Source of the DNA: Pachysolen tannophilus NRRL Y-2460
Taxonomy: Eukaryota
Length of the DNA stretch: 64,000 nt
Direction of reading: 5' to 3'
Assembly (NCBI GenBank): GCA_001661245.1
Contig: KV454012.1
Span: forward strand, 526,147-590,146
A program made the position numbers and the translations under genes. Below, piece by piece: positions 45,863 to 56,395 of the stretch; the stretch's first letter is position 1, and every line of letters starts with the position of its first letter. Below the pieces are notes generated by a model. It saw only the letters and a program-made list of their open reading frames with translations. It did not search any database and had not been told where the DNA came from.

Positions 45863-48799
45863 TTATCTTTTTGAAGGTCTCTCGTCTTCCTCATCTGAAA
45901 AAGTTAAATCAATAATTTCATGCAGACGCTTCTGACCAGACGAATGAGGTGAATGTAATACTTCATCTGAAGTGATCTGTACTGTTCTAGCAGGAGAAGG
46001 GATCACAGAATCGGCATTGAAAGTGTTACTACTGTTGTTGTTGGAGCCCACATTATATCTATCAAGTGCTGGGCTTGGACGAACGAATCTCGATGGTGAT
46101 CTGAGAAGCTGCGAATCACGCATGCCATTACTAGTTGACTCTGACATCCTCCGATCTTTCAGCCATTCTTGGTTTGTGGAAGCATTGGGTATCCGCTGGA
46201 TACCAAAAAGTGACAGATTGTCATTGCGTGGGTATGACTCTAAATTAGATTTTGTATTTTCTAGCTGATCAGATGACTTTTGTTGGTTATTGTTGTTGAA
46301 CAAAAATGATGCATTAATTGATGTCCCTCTATCTGGAAACTCGGGTAAGCGAGGTGAAACCTCATATGATACCGATTCTCCGTTTAGAGAATCACCATTT
46401 TCAATGTTATTACGGTCAGCAGTTGATGTAGTTTGAATTTCCGATAAGACGTTAGAATGAACTTGAAAACCTAGATTTACCTTTTGTGGTTGTTGAGTGG
46501 AATTTGATAAAGGTAATCCATCACCGCCAGTCTCCGTATCTCTATTATGTCTCATCGAAGAATTATATGATTGTGTGGAAGAAAAAATTGAAGGTGAATA
46601 ATAATTAGTTTCTGATACAGTAGATGTTCTCCCAACAGATGGTGATTGGACCATTTCATTATCCAGACGTAGCAAAGTATTTTCAGACCAGGATGGTAAA
46701 GCGCTCGAAATCTTGGAAGGATTGGTATTTGGAATTGAAGCAGGAACATCTTGCCTATTAACAGTAACAGACGTAGAGGGCGAAGTCGAAGACATCACTC
46801 TTGTCAGTTGTTCTGTACCATCTGTAGGCAAAGATCGCGAATTTTGAATTGAAGGTTCAGGATGCTCATTAGGTAAACCCAAAGTAGTAAATTCATTTGA
46901 TGCATTAGCAGTTTTTGCTGGTTCAGGTATCGATTCAGGCTTTTCGCCTACAGTAATGGGATTCTGAGTAACGGTATAATGTCTCAGAGAAAGGGAAGGG
47001 TTAGGATATGATGAAACGTTTGAAACAGAAGTTAATCTTGATGATGTTGCCTGGTCAAAATTATTGTTTAAATTATTATTTCTCGAACTATCCACTTGAA
47101 CATTCGAAGCAAGTTGCCGATTTTCGTTGTGGTCAGTTGGAAATGTTTTTGACAAATCAAAACCTGATGATTCACTATCATTTCCTGATGATAATGGGCC
47201 AGTAGTGGATGAATTATGTTCAGAAGGTGATAACAGTTGTGACGAGAGCACCTGAGGTGCTGACACAACTTCTGGAGCTGGCGCTACTATTTGTGAAGTG
47301 AGGGTTGTATGCAGTTTCAGAGGTATCAGCGGAGGAGGATTTGATGGCGGTGGAAGAGGTGGTTGTAACATTTCTTCAACTGCTTCATCATCATTATTAT
47401 CTTCCTCGCTATCACTATCCAATGAAATGATTTCTATGACTTCTGAATCCTTCTTAGGTGTTGAACGAAATTCTGGAATAGCAGGAGTAGTTTCTTCTGA
47501 TTTTGCTTTAAAAACATTGCTTTCACTACCAGAGCTATTATTTCCATCATCTTCACTTTTAACTTTCCAAGTACCATCTTTTTCAATTTCAACAGCTTCA
47601 TCATCTTCTCCTGTATTTTTTATGATCTCTAGCAAGTAATCATCAATAGCCAAATTTTTGACAGTTATGGATTTTTGACAAATTGGACAACTCCATGTTG
47701 ATGCCTGTTCCTGTAATTGCAAAAAAGCTAGACAATCAAAGCATTGTATATGCTGGCAATAAACTGATTTACAAGGATATTTCATCTTGGAATACGACAA
47801 TGGGCACTTTAAAGTTAATACTTCTTGCATTTCAACAAGATCATCTTGTTCTGCTTCTTCTTTTCTTATTTCACTTAATGTTGCCTCTTTGACAATATGC
47901 GGCTGATTAATAATGGAAAGTAAAACCTTTTCTGGAGGTATCATCTCAACAATATAGCAAAAAAATAAAAAATCTGTCTTTGCAAATGCATATATAATGT
48001 CTAAACGGTTAGAATATGGGGGTTGTTTCAAATATGGTGTTAAATTTGCTGGTCTTGCAGTACCTGGTTTATTTTTAATACCTTTAACATTGTCCTTTAG
48101 TAAGACATCATTGAAATGAATTTCCAAAGGTTGAGGAAACTGAACAAAGGCTTCCGTTGTAGGAGATCCCAGCTCATATTCACCACACAACAATAGTAGT
48201 TGATACTGCTTACCACTAGCAAGTAGATTTGCCTCGCTTTCATTAAGCACAAACTGTAAACGGCATGTGCCACGAGTATCCAGCGCCTTATAAGCTAAAA
48301 CTGGACTTCCATGAACCAATCTTTTTAAACGATAAAATGGACTTTCTCTGAAATATAACCATGGACGAACAGATCCACTGGCTGTTGATTTTTTTGATTG
48401 CCCACCATGACCATGAGTATGAGTATGAGAATGACCATGAGTATGACTGTGAGTTCTACTATTATGTAGCACCGCTGGAGCTGACTGATATTGGTTTGGA
48501 GCAACATAATTATAAGAGTTACTTTGAATCAGCGAATATAACGACTGATAAGTTGGAATATCTTGATTATTTGCTGCTTTTAAAGCCAAAGTCCTAATTG
48601 TCTGAAGACGAACATTATCATTTGCTTTGCGACCATTATGATAAAACTGTTTGATACGGTCCTGTATCTCTGCTTTCCGTCCACTTAAGGCTAGCCCAAT
48701 TGACCTAGCAATATCTTTTAATTTGATCACTGTAAGAGAATCTATCACTTGAATAGTATCAGCATTTTCTGCATCCGTCATCGGCTGTTGCCGATTCAT
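45863..48799 (-). CDS. SIZ1: SUMO E3 ligase Siz1/Nfi1 (SAP-PINIT-SP-RING)
   Basis: SAP LKDIARSIGL..SGRKAEIQ; FRESPFY; KGIKNKPGTARPANLT; SP-RING LKCPLSY...CQHIQCFD...WSCPIC; SIMs VIEIISLDSD and IIDLT. First ATG at 48799. Confidence 0.93.
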   Translation of the reverse strand: MNRQQPMTDAENADTIQVIDSLTVIKLKDIARSIGLALSGRKAEIQDRIKQFYHNGRKANDNVRLQTIRTLALKAANNQDIPTYQSLYSLIQSNSYNYVAPNQYQSAPAVLHNSRTHSHTHGHSHTHTHGHGGQSKKSTASGSVRPWLYFRESPFYRLKRLVHGSPVLAYKALDTRGTCRLQFVLNESEANLLASGKQYQLLLLCGEYELGSPTTEAFVQFPQPLEIHFNDVLLKDNVKGIKNKPGTARPANLTPYLKQPPYSNRLDIIYAFAKTDFLFFCYIVEMIPPEKVLLSIINQPHIVKEATLSEIRKEEAEQDDLVEMQEVLTLKCPLSYSKMKYPCKSVYCQHIQCFDCLAFLQLQEQASTWSCPICQKSITVKNLAIDDYLLEIIKNTGEDDEAVEIEKDGTWKVKSEDDGNNSSGSESNVFKAKSEETTPAIPEFRSTPKKDSEVIEIISLDSDSEEDNNDDEAVEEMLQPPLPPPSNPPPLIPLKLHTTLTSQIVAPAPEVVSAPQVLSSQLLSPSEHNSSTTGPLSSGNDSESSGFDLSKTFPTDHNENRQLASNVQVDSSRNNNLNNNFDQATSSRLTSVSNVSSYPNPSLSLRHYTVTQNPITVGEKPESIPEPAKTANASNEFTTLGLPNEHPEPSIQNSRSLPTDGTEQLTRVMSSTSPSTSVTVNRQDVPASIPNTNPSKISSALPSWSENTLLRLDNEMVQSPSVGRTSTVSETNYYSPSIFSSTQSYNSSMRHNRDTETGGDGLPLSNSTQQPQKVNLGFQVHSNVLSEIQTTSTADRNNIENGDSLNGESVSYEVSPRLPEFPDRGTSINASFLFNNNNQQKSSDQLENTKSNLESYPRNDNLSLFGIQRIPNASTNQEWLKDRRMSESTSNGMRDSQLLRSPSRFVRPSPALDRYNVGSNNNSSNTFNADSVIPSPARTVQITSDEVLHSPHSSGQKRLHEIIDLTFSDEEDERPSKR

Positions 48800-48994
48800 C
48801 TTCCTCACCTAATTTTTTAAAATGTAAATAATATAATATGATACTCCTCTTCTTCTTTATGGATGAAACAAGAAAAAAAACTGGTTAACTTGTAATAGCG
48901 CTACTCAAATCCTATCCTAATATATATATGTATATCAAAAAGCTGCTTTTCTTTTTAACGATATATCTTGATGATTGCAAAATACAAAAAAAAA

Positions 48995-49194
48995 NNNNNN
49001 NNNNNNNNNNNNNNNNNNNNNNNNNNNNNNNNNNNNNNNNNNNNNNNNNNNNNNNNNNNNNNNNNNNNNNNNNNNNNNNNNNNNNNNNNNNNNNNNNNNN
49101 NNNNNNNNNNNNNNNNNNNNNNNNNNNNNNNNNNNNNNNNNNNNNNNNNNNNNNNNNNNNNNNNNNNNNNNNNNNNNNNNNNNNNNNNNNNNNN
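48995..49194. other. Assembly gap (200 N)
   Basis: Run of exactly 200 N. Confidence 0.98.
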
Positions 49195-50114
49195 TAATAC
49201 CTTTAACATTGTCCTTTAGTAAGACATCATTGAAATGAATTTCCAAAGGTTGAGGAAACTGAACAAAGGCTTCCGTTGTAGGAGATCCCAGCTCATATTC
49301 ACCACACAACAATAGTAGTTGATACTGCTTACCACTAGCAAGTAGATTTGCCTCGCTTTCATTAAGCACAAACTGTAAACGGCATGTGCCACGAGTATCC
49401 AGCGCCTTATAAGCTAAAACTGGACTTCCATGAACCAATCTTTTTAAACGATAAAATGGACTTTCTCTGAAATATAACCATGGACGAACAGATCCACTGG
49501 CTGTTGATTTTTTTGATTGCCCACCATGACCATGAGTATGAGTATGAGAATGACCATGAGTATGACTGTGAGTTCTACTATTATGTAGCACCGCTGGAGC
49601 TGACTGATATTGGTTTGGAGCAACATAATTATAAGAGTTACTTTGAATCAGCGAATATAACGACTGATAAGTTGGAATATCTTGATTATTTGCTGCTTTT
49701 AAAGCCAAAGTCCTAATTGTCTGAAGACGAACATTATCATTTGCTTTGCGACCATTATGATAAAACTGTTTGATACGGTCCTGTATCTCTGCTTTCCGTC
49801 CACTTAAGGCTAGCCCAATTGACCTAGCAATATCTTTTAATTTGATCACTGTAAGAGAATCTATCACTTGAATAGTATCAGCATTTTTCTGCATCCGTCA
49901 TCGGCTGTTGCCGATTCATCTTCCTCACCTAATTTTTTAAAATGTAAATAATATAATATGATACTCCTCTTCTTCTTTATGGATGAAACAAGAAAAAAAA
50001 CTGGTTAACTTGTAATAGCGCTACTCAAATCCTATCCTAATATATATATGTATATCAAAAAGCTGCTTTTCTTTTTAACGATATATCTTGATGATTGCAA
50101 AATACAAAAAAAAA
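49195..50114. repeat. Near-exact direct copy of 48076-48994 (SIZ1 5' part and upstream region); probably an unmerged contig overlap
   Basis: Appears identical by eye except T4 (48765-48768) versus T5 (49884-49888); the two copies directly flank the gap. Confidence 0.9.
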
Positions 50115-50413
50115 AAAAAAAAAAACCAAAAAAAAAAAGGAAAAACTTCAAAATACATGTACTAAATAAGTGAAATATTAATACACAACAAGTTTGAATA
50201 TCACCCTTCAATTAGATCAATAAGCATCAGCATCAAACTTTACGCTGTTTTAATAATTATCTATCAATCTACCTATCTTTTGTTTTAAGTTTTATCTTGT
50301 AATCGATGGTTTCAAAAATTTTCTTAGTCATTTGTAAACAGCCCTCAAAACCAATTACTACTCGTTATCGGGGAATAACGCCCTTGTCTATATACGTTCC
50401 TGCTGCTATATAC

Positions 50414-50476
50414 GCCAGTAGCATTTGAGCCAGTAACATTTGAGCCAGTAGCATTCGAGCCAGTAGCATTTGAGCC
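50414..50476. repeat. 15-bp minisatellite, four copies
   Basis: GCCAGTAGCATTTGA, GCCAGTAACATTTGA, GCCAGTAGCATTCGA, GCCAGTAGCATTTGA, then GCC; 18 bp past the stop codon of the Moco gene. Confidence 0.92.
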
Positions 50477-50494
50477 GTCATTAGGATGCAGTTG

Positions 50495-52522
50495 CTAGTT
50501 TTCCGATGAGAACGGTCCGATGAGGATGACGTTGACGAGGTTTCCTTTTTCCAACAACTTGTTTCCAGCATGTTGTTCTCTTGAAGGTAAGACGATTAAT
50601 GCATTTGCACCTTTGAAACTAGCAATTCTACTACTTCTTTGAAACCCGGTATTTTCAACAACTAATTCGAATTTCCCAGGTTCATTGGTCTTTGTCTGTT
50701 TGACAAATCCTCTTTGATATTCTGGTCTTGGATCTAGTTGGACATCGTGTATTAATCTTGCACGGACGGTAGGTAATGTTGGTAATTTTGGAGATTTTTC
50801 AAAAAAATTGTAACCTGAAAATAATCTTAAAGAAGGTAAAACAAATAAATGGAAACAAACTGTAGCTGAAGCTGGATTTCCTGGGAGGGCAAATATCACT
50901 TTTATCTTGTTGTTAAATTTCAATGTAGCAAAAGTTGTAGGCTTACCTGGCTTCATTTTGACTCGTCCAAAATGGATTTCACCATTTAACCTCCGCTCAA
51001 TTATAGGTTTCAATAAATCCAATTCACCCATAGAGACTCCTCCAGAAGTAATTAAATAATCAATTTTTTCATTATCAAAAGCATTTCTAATCAAATTTTC
51101 CAAACTACTCAGCTTATCGGATGCAATTCCCAAATCAATTGCATCAAAATTATTATCTCTAGTTACAGATAATAAAACAGGTCTGTTACAATCATAAATT
51201 TGACCATACTGTAATTCTGATGATTTATTATTATTCATAATATCAACTAATTCATCTCCTGTAGAAAGAACACCAATTAAAGGTTTTTCAAAAACTTTGA
51301 TATTTGAAATTCCAACACTAGTTAATAATCCAATTTCTCCTCCAGTTGCAGATATAACACTTTGCTTTTCCAAGAGAAGTTCCCCTTTTTTAATATCTGA
51401 ACCCTTTTCTCTCACGTTATCATTTTCCTTGACATCGGAAGCCAATATACAAACTTCTTTTTCTTCCTTACCATCATCAGTCATGGAAACTATTTGTGTC
51501 TCTTCAACCATTACAATGGCAGTAGCACCTTGTGGAATAGGTGCACCTGTAGTAATACGCGAAATCTCACCTGATTTCAAAACATGTTGCTCTTCAGTTG
51601 GAGAAGCATGTGAAACAGAAACAACTGAATATGTCCCAGGACCATCCGTATGAACTACAGCGTACCCATCTACTATACTTGCCCTAAAGTTAGGAACATC
51701 AGTAGGAGCATAAATATTTTCAGATAATACATATCCTGTAATGCTTTCGTTGTTAATGTTTTTCGATACAACTGTTGGCCGAGGGGTATTCTGTGATATC
51801 AAATTAAAAGCTTCATCCATTGATATCATTGGATAAGGTGAACTTCTTGACCGAGCTGTTATAGGACCATTTAGATCGTTTGAAATAAGTCTATGTTTTG
51901 ATATACCACAACTTTGTTTATGTGTTGAATCTCCATGATTATCATGATGATGTGAATGATGGCTATGACTATGCTCACGCTGATGACTTTTCAGTATCCC
52001 TTTGTGTAAAGCTCTGGAATCATCAATACCCAATTGATCCAATGCATGTGCTAGAGTCGGTAAAACTGCTTCAAGGTTTTCTACCGCACCTTTCGGTGAT
52101 CCAGGTAACGTAATAATTAAGGTATTATTTCTAACACCAGCTACAGGTCTTGCCATCATAGCAAATGGTGTTATTTTCAATGAATCAGATAACATTTTAT
52201 GGACAATTCCAATAGCTTCCTTATGTATTAGAGGTTTGACGGCTTCCGGTGTAATGTCTTTTTTAGAATAACCTGTACCTCCGGAAGTTAAGATTAAACT
52301 TAAATCATTTTCTTCTTTGCACCATTCGGTTAAAATTTTTTGAATATCATCTAAATTATCTGGAACAATAATGAACTGTTTGATTGAATAATATTTGTCG
52401 GTTCCCTCCAATGACTTATTATATTTTGAAAAACATTCTTTAATTGAATGGCTCGTTTTATCTAAAGAATTGTCTTTAAAACAAGTATCGGAAGAAATTA
52501 GAATACCAACATTAAACGACAT
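50495..52522 (-). CDS. cnxE: Gephyrin/CnxE-like molybdenum insertase (MogA G-domain, His-rich linker, MoeA E-domain)
   Basis: ILTSGGTG...DITPEA, LPGSPKG; RASIVDGYAV, RITTGAPIP, LSTGDEL, ITSGGVSMGELD, KPGKPT, LPGNPASA, DPRPEYQR, TGFQRSSR. ATG at 52522. Confidence 0.93.
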   Translation of the reverse strand: MSFNVGILISSDTCFKDNSLDKTSHSIKECFSKYNKSLEGTDKYYSIKQFIIVPDNLDDIQKILTEWCKEENDLSLILTSGGTGYSKKDITPEAVKPLIHKEAIGIVHKMLSDSLKITPFAMMARPVAGVRNNTLIITLPGSPKGAVENLEAVLPTLAHALDQLGIDDSRALHKGILKSHQREHSHSHHSHHHDNHGDSTHKQSCGISKHRLISNDLNGPITARSRSSPYPMISMDEAFNLISQNTPRPTVVSKNINNESITGYVLSENIYAPTDVPNFRASIVDGYAVVHTDGPGTYSVVSVSHASPTEEQHVLKSGEISRITTGAPIPQGATAIVMVEETQIVSMTDDGKEEKEVCILASDVKENDNVREKGSDIKKGELLLEKQSVISATGGEIGLLTSVGISNIKVFEKPLIGVLSTGDELVDIMNNNKSSELQYGQIYDCNRPVLLSVTRDNNFDAIDLGIASDKLSSLENLIRNAFDNEKIDYLITSGGVSMGELDLLKPIIERRLNGEIHFGRVKMKPGKPTTFATLKFNNKIKVIFALPGNPASATVCFHLFVLPSLRLFSGYNFFEKSPKLPTLPTVRARLIHDVQLDPRPEYQRGFVKQTKTNEPGKFELVVENTGFQRSSRIASFKGANALIVLPSREQHAGNKLLEKGNLVNVILIGPFSSEN

Positions 52523-52779
52523 ATTCTTCAAGTGAAACTATTCAAAAGAGCCGCCAAAAAAAAATTCCTAATTTCCTATGATCAAATAGAATCCAAAGTT
52601 ATGAACTGATTTATACTCGATTAAATGTATTTAAAATTATCTTTAACCTGTAACAGCAAAAATGTAGGTTAATTATTTACATGCACCAAATTAAAAAAAA
52701 AAAAAANAAAAAAAACAGATCTACACAATCTATAATACTACAACCAAAATAACATAAGAGATTTTGTACATATTAGATG

Positions 52780-52810
<31 letters not shown>

Positions 52811-52816
52811 ATTCCG

Positions 52817-55285
52817 TTAACTATCTATGTCCATCAAGTTTCCTGAGGCATTAGTGTTTGAATTATTATCCTGTTGCAGTTGTTCATCATTTTTTTCATC
52901 TGCACTTAAATCGATTAATTCATCTTCAGTATTCAACTTAATTTCATCTGCAACTTCACTTGATTCATGGTATGAATATCTATTGCTATCACTGAGATCT
53001 TCATCAACATCGTCTTCTTCTTCAAGCGGATAATCTGAATTTGAAGAAAATTCATCATCATTTCCTTCGGTAAAATTAAGAGTCAGTAATACCTCTGCAC
53101 GATCTGCTGTTAAAAATTTTTGAAGAGGATCAGATAATACACTATGACTTTCAGAATTCCAAACATTCGATTTAGCGTACATTAAAATTATTGGATTCTC
53201 AAAATCTCTACCAGTTGCATTGTATACTTTCTTTATAACTTCGTTGATTGTGACTGCATCTAGATGGAAATTACTACATGTATCACCATAGTATTGTACC
53301 TCTATCCATTGACTTGTATTATTACCACTTTCTGAGTTCACATTTTTTTTTAAATAGAAAAAATCTGTATCATCAATAATTGCACCAATTAATAGATAGG
53401 GATCTGGTTTTGTTTCTGAATTTTCTATTATTTCATTTACATTTTCACTAATATTTATGGATTTATTTTCTTTAGTCAATTGATCTAATTCTTCGTGTAA
53501 TTCAGATTGTCTCTTAGATAAAGATTTACTCAATAAATTTAAATCTTCCATAGTTGCCAGCACTTTTTCATTTAATTCTAAATCATCATCTACCGTTATG
53601 AAACTTGTATTTTTTCCTAAAAATTCTAATGATGCAATTAAAGCCTGTTTAACTGGTTGCCCTTTATAAACTGATAAATGTTGTTTTTCTGAATTTATTT
53701 CTGTTCTTCTATTTCTGATTTGCAATTTTTTTTGTAAAAGTTTTTCAATTAAACCATTATATTCTTTTGTATAAATTTGAGGATAAAAAATTTCAGGAAT
53801 TTCAATAGATGGTGGTCTATGACCTCGTATTGATCCTTCACTACTATTTATTATTGGTATAGTAATAATATCACTCAAATTCTTAAAATTAAATCTACCC
53901 AAGTTTTCGAAATCACTTCCCCAAAAGACGTGATGAAGAGATTTATATAAAGTATCTCTTATACTATCATTTTCAATTGGGAAACATGATATACCATTTG
54001 ATTCTGCAGATTCATTATATTCTAGTTGTGACATGAATATGTTATTATAATCTGATAATGGTTCCAATTGTTTTAATTCATTTGTATAAGTTAAAAAGAC
54101 TAAATTCAATAATTCATCTGTTGATTCAGTTCCTTGTAAATTTGATAAAAAATCAGTAGGTAAAGAAGAAAGAAAATTTTTAATTGAAGCAAAACATCTA
54201 TCTGAATTACCATCCAAGAATGCAATCAATCGTTGTGTTTCCAATATGAATCTGGATTGTGGTTGAGAATCTTTCAAATCTATAAAATCTCCTTTAAACC
54301 ATTTAGGATTAAACCCATAATCATGGAATTGATGTTGTAATATTGAATTTCTAAAACTTGGAACTTCATGCAATATCATCAATAAGGGAGCAAAATAATT
54401 TTCTAAATATCCTCTTAAAGATGTTGGTAAAAGTATTGGAGGAATAAAATCTGGTCTCTTATATTTGGTTAAATCATCATAAACATTTGTTGATAATAAT
54501 TTTTGTCTATTATTAATATTACCACTATTACTATTAATCAGAGCTTGATATGGCAAATCTTCTTCTTCGGAATAATAAGTTGCTAATTTATTTTTAACGT
54601 CATCATCAATGAGACTGCCTATATCAGCCGATTGGCCAACCTTTGAGTGAAAAGACGAAGTACCTACTGAGCCTGTACCTACTATGCCAGAAGATCCAGT
54701 TGTTCCAATGGTACCCACTGTCCCTGGTCTTGATGGTAATTCTGGAGGATGGGACATGTATTGGTTTTCAAGATGTTGAGGTTTTTCCAAAGAGAAATAC
54801 TCTGGTCTGGCCATATTTTCTTCATCATCATCCTCTTCTTCTTCACTACGATCTGATCCTGACGAAGATTTAACATTAATCATATCAGGCTGATCTGGTC
54901 CAACAGAATTATGATTTCTAGCAGAAGAATTGAAATCACTTATTGAAGAATCCGTGGCATTAATTTCTGTTTTTATAATATGGTCCCTGAACGGATTATT
55001 ACTTGCACTGTTATTGGAAAATGATGAGAATTTTGAAGCATTAAGCAGTGATTCATTTTCTGCTTCTTGTTCAAACAGAGTATTATTAGCCGCCAATGCC
55101 GCCGACGACGACGAGGGCAGTTGCAGCCCTTGCAATGACAGCGCTTCATCAACGGGATTGGAAAACAAGTATTCAATGGCTTGGTCCACATTATTATTTG
55201 TTCTTAATAAAGCCTCTTTTGCCTGATCTGCGGCAAAGCCCATATCAATTAACTTGGCTATATTCTCATCTGTATTGAATTCCAT
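52817..55285 (-). CDS. RUP1: UBA-domain Rsp5/Ubp2 cofactor Rup1
   Basis: N-terminal UBA LIDMGF...AKEALLRTNNNVDQAIEYLFS; LENYFA block; acidic C-terminus. ATG at 55285. Confidence 0.75.
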   Translation of the reverse strand: MEFNTDENIAKLIDMGFAADQAKEALLRTNNNVDQAIEYLFSNPVDEALSLQGLQLPSSSSAALAANNTLFEQEAENESLLNASKFSSFSNNSASNNPFRDHIIKTEINATDSSISDFNSSARNHNSVGPDQPDMINVKSSSGSDRSEEEEDDDEENMARPEYFSLEKPQHLENQYMSHPPELPSRPGTVGTIGTTGSSGIVGTGSVGTSSFHSKVGQSADIGSLIDDDVKNKLATYYSEEEDLPYQALINSNSGNINNRQKLLSTNVYDDLTKYKRPDFIPPILLPTSLRGYLENYFAPLLMILHEVPSFRNSILQHQFHDYGFNPKWFKGDFIDLKDSQPQSRFILETQRLIAFLDGNSDRCFASIKNFLSSLPTDFLSNLQGTESTDELLNLVFLTYTNELKQLEPLSDYNNIFMSQLEYNESAESNGISCFPIENDSIRDTLYKSLHHVFWGSDFENLGRFNFKNLSDIITIPIINSSEGSIRGHRPPSIEIPEIFYPQIYTKEYNGLIEKLLQKKLQIRNRRTEINSEKQHLSVYKGQPVKQALIASLEFLGKNTSFITVDDDLELNEKVLATMEDLNLLSKSLSKRQSELHEELDQLTKENKSINISENVNEIIENSETKPDPYLLIGAIIDDTDFFYLKKNVNSESGNNTSQWIEVQYYGDTCSNFHLDAVTINEVIKKVYNATGRDFENPIILMYAKSNVWNSESHSVLSDPLQKFLTADRAEVLLTLNFTEGNDDEFSSNSDYPLEEEDDVDEDLSDSNRYSYHESSEVADEIKLNTEDELIDLSADEKNDEQLQQDNNSNTNASGNLMDIDS

Positions 55286-56395
55286 CACTAATCAATTGAT
55301 CCAAAAAAAAAAAAAAAAAAAAAAAAAGAACAGAACAAAAAAACCAAGATGAGTTTTTCTTTTCTATTATTCTCTTGTTAGTGCCAAAAATGAATCCAAA
55401 TAAAGATCAATTCAATTCCCACTAAAATGTTTCTAATGTTAATTTATCAAACTAATTATATATATATATATATAAATATATATATTTATCTATTTAGGTA
55501 GGGAATCAAAAACAGAGAAGAGCAAGATCCAAATAACACGTTTGTTCTGTCGCGCACTACTGTTTTAGTTTTTTTTAAACAATTTTATAATTTTATGTTT
55601 TCGTTGTTTAAGAGAGCTTTTTTGCCATCGCTTCTTCTTTTTTTACTTCTTCCTTTTTTGAACTTTTTGGTTATGATAGCCACGACTATTTTAATTAATT
55701 TGAAACTGCCAGAATCACGCACGGCTTAAGCTACTTTGTTAATTTGTTTTATCTTTTTTCCGCCGTTTAGGCTTTAAGAGTTATAACCGATTACCTGCGA
55801 TGGAATTAACTAGAAATTTAGGTAAAAATTTATTTATAAAAGTAGTGCGTTTCAGCTATCGGTTTCTAATTCCTAACTCCTTTCGGTACTATTACCGAGC
55901 CCACGGAATTTCAAAGTGACAGGTTGACCCATTAAATGACACAGAAACTAATTTATAACTTCAAGTTGCGTCTTTTGACACAAAAATGGTCAAGGAGTTA
56001 GGAGTTAAGAGTGTCACAAAGGAAAAAATAAGAGGAAACGAAAAATTTTTTCACTTTTTTCACATTTTTTCACATTTTTTCACTTTTTTTCTCATGTTAT
56101 CTCCGATGACGCATGTAACGGGGAAAAAAACAATGCTAATCAAACAAATCAAACAGAATAACAGTATTGTTAAGGGTAGAAAACAAGGTATGACTCGCAG
56201 TTAATGGTTATAAGAAGCAAATACACATGTATCTACAATATTAATATGGCTATCAATATATACATACATATTTATATAAATATATATATCGGTGAAGAAG
56301 GAATAGGTTTTTTGTGAAAAGATGGAATTTGAAGTAATATAAAAAATCATTTTTACAATTACTATATTACTACTACTGTTTGTTGAAACAAAACA

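Noticed and set aside
48076..50114. Apparent second, truncated SIZ1 gene
   Set aside because: The copies look identical except for one homopolymer base and directly flank a round 200-N gap, the typical signature of an unmerged contig overlap. ORFs running through the Ns are artefacts.
50414..50476. Repeat array as a CRISPR-like element
   Set aside because: Contiguous 15-mers with no spacers, in a eukaryote, with no cas genes.
50365..50571. 68-aa minus-strand ORF with (AQMLL)n
   Set aside because: It overlaps the cnxE 3' end out of frame and stays open mainly because of the repeat; no independent support.
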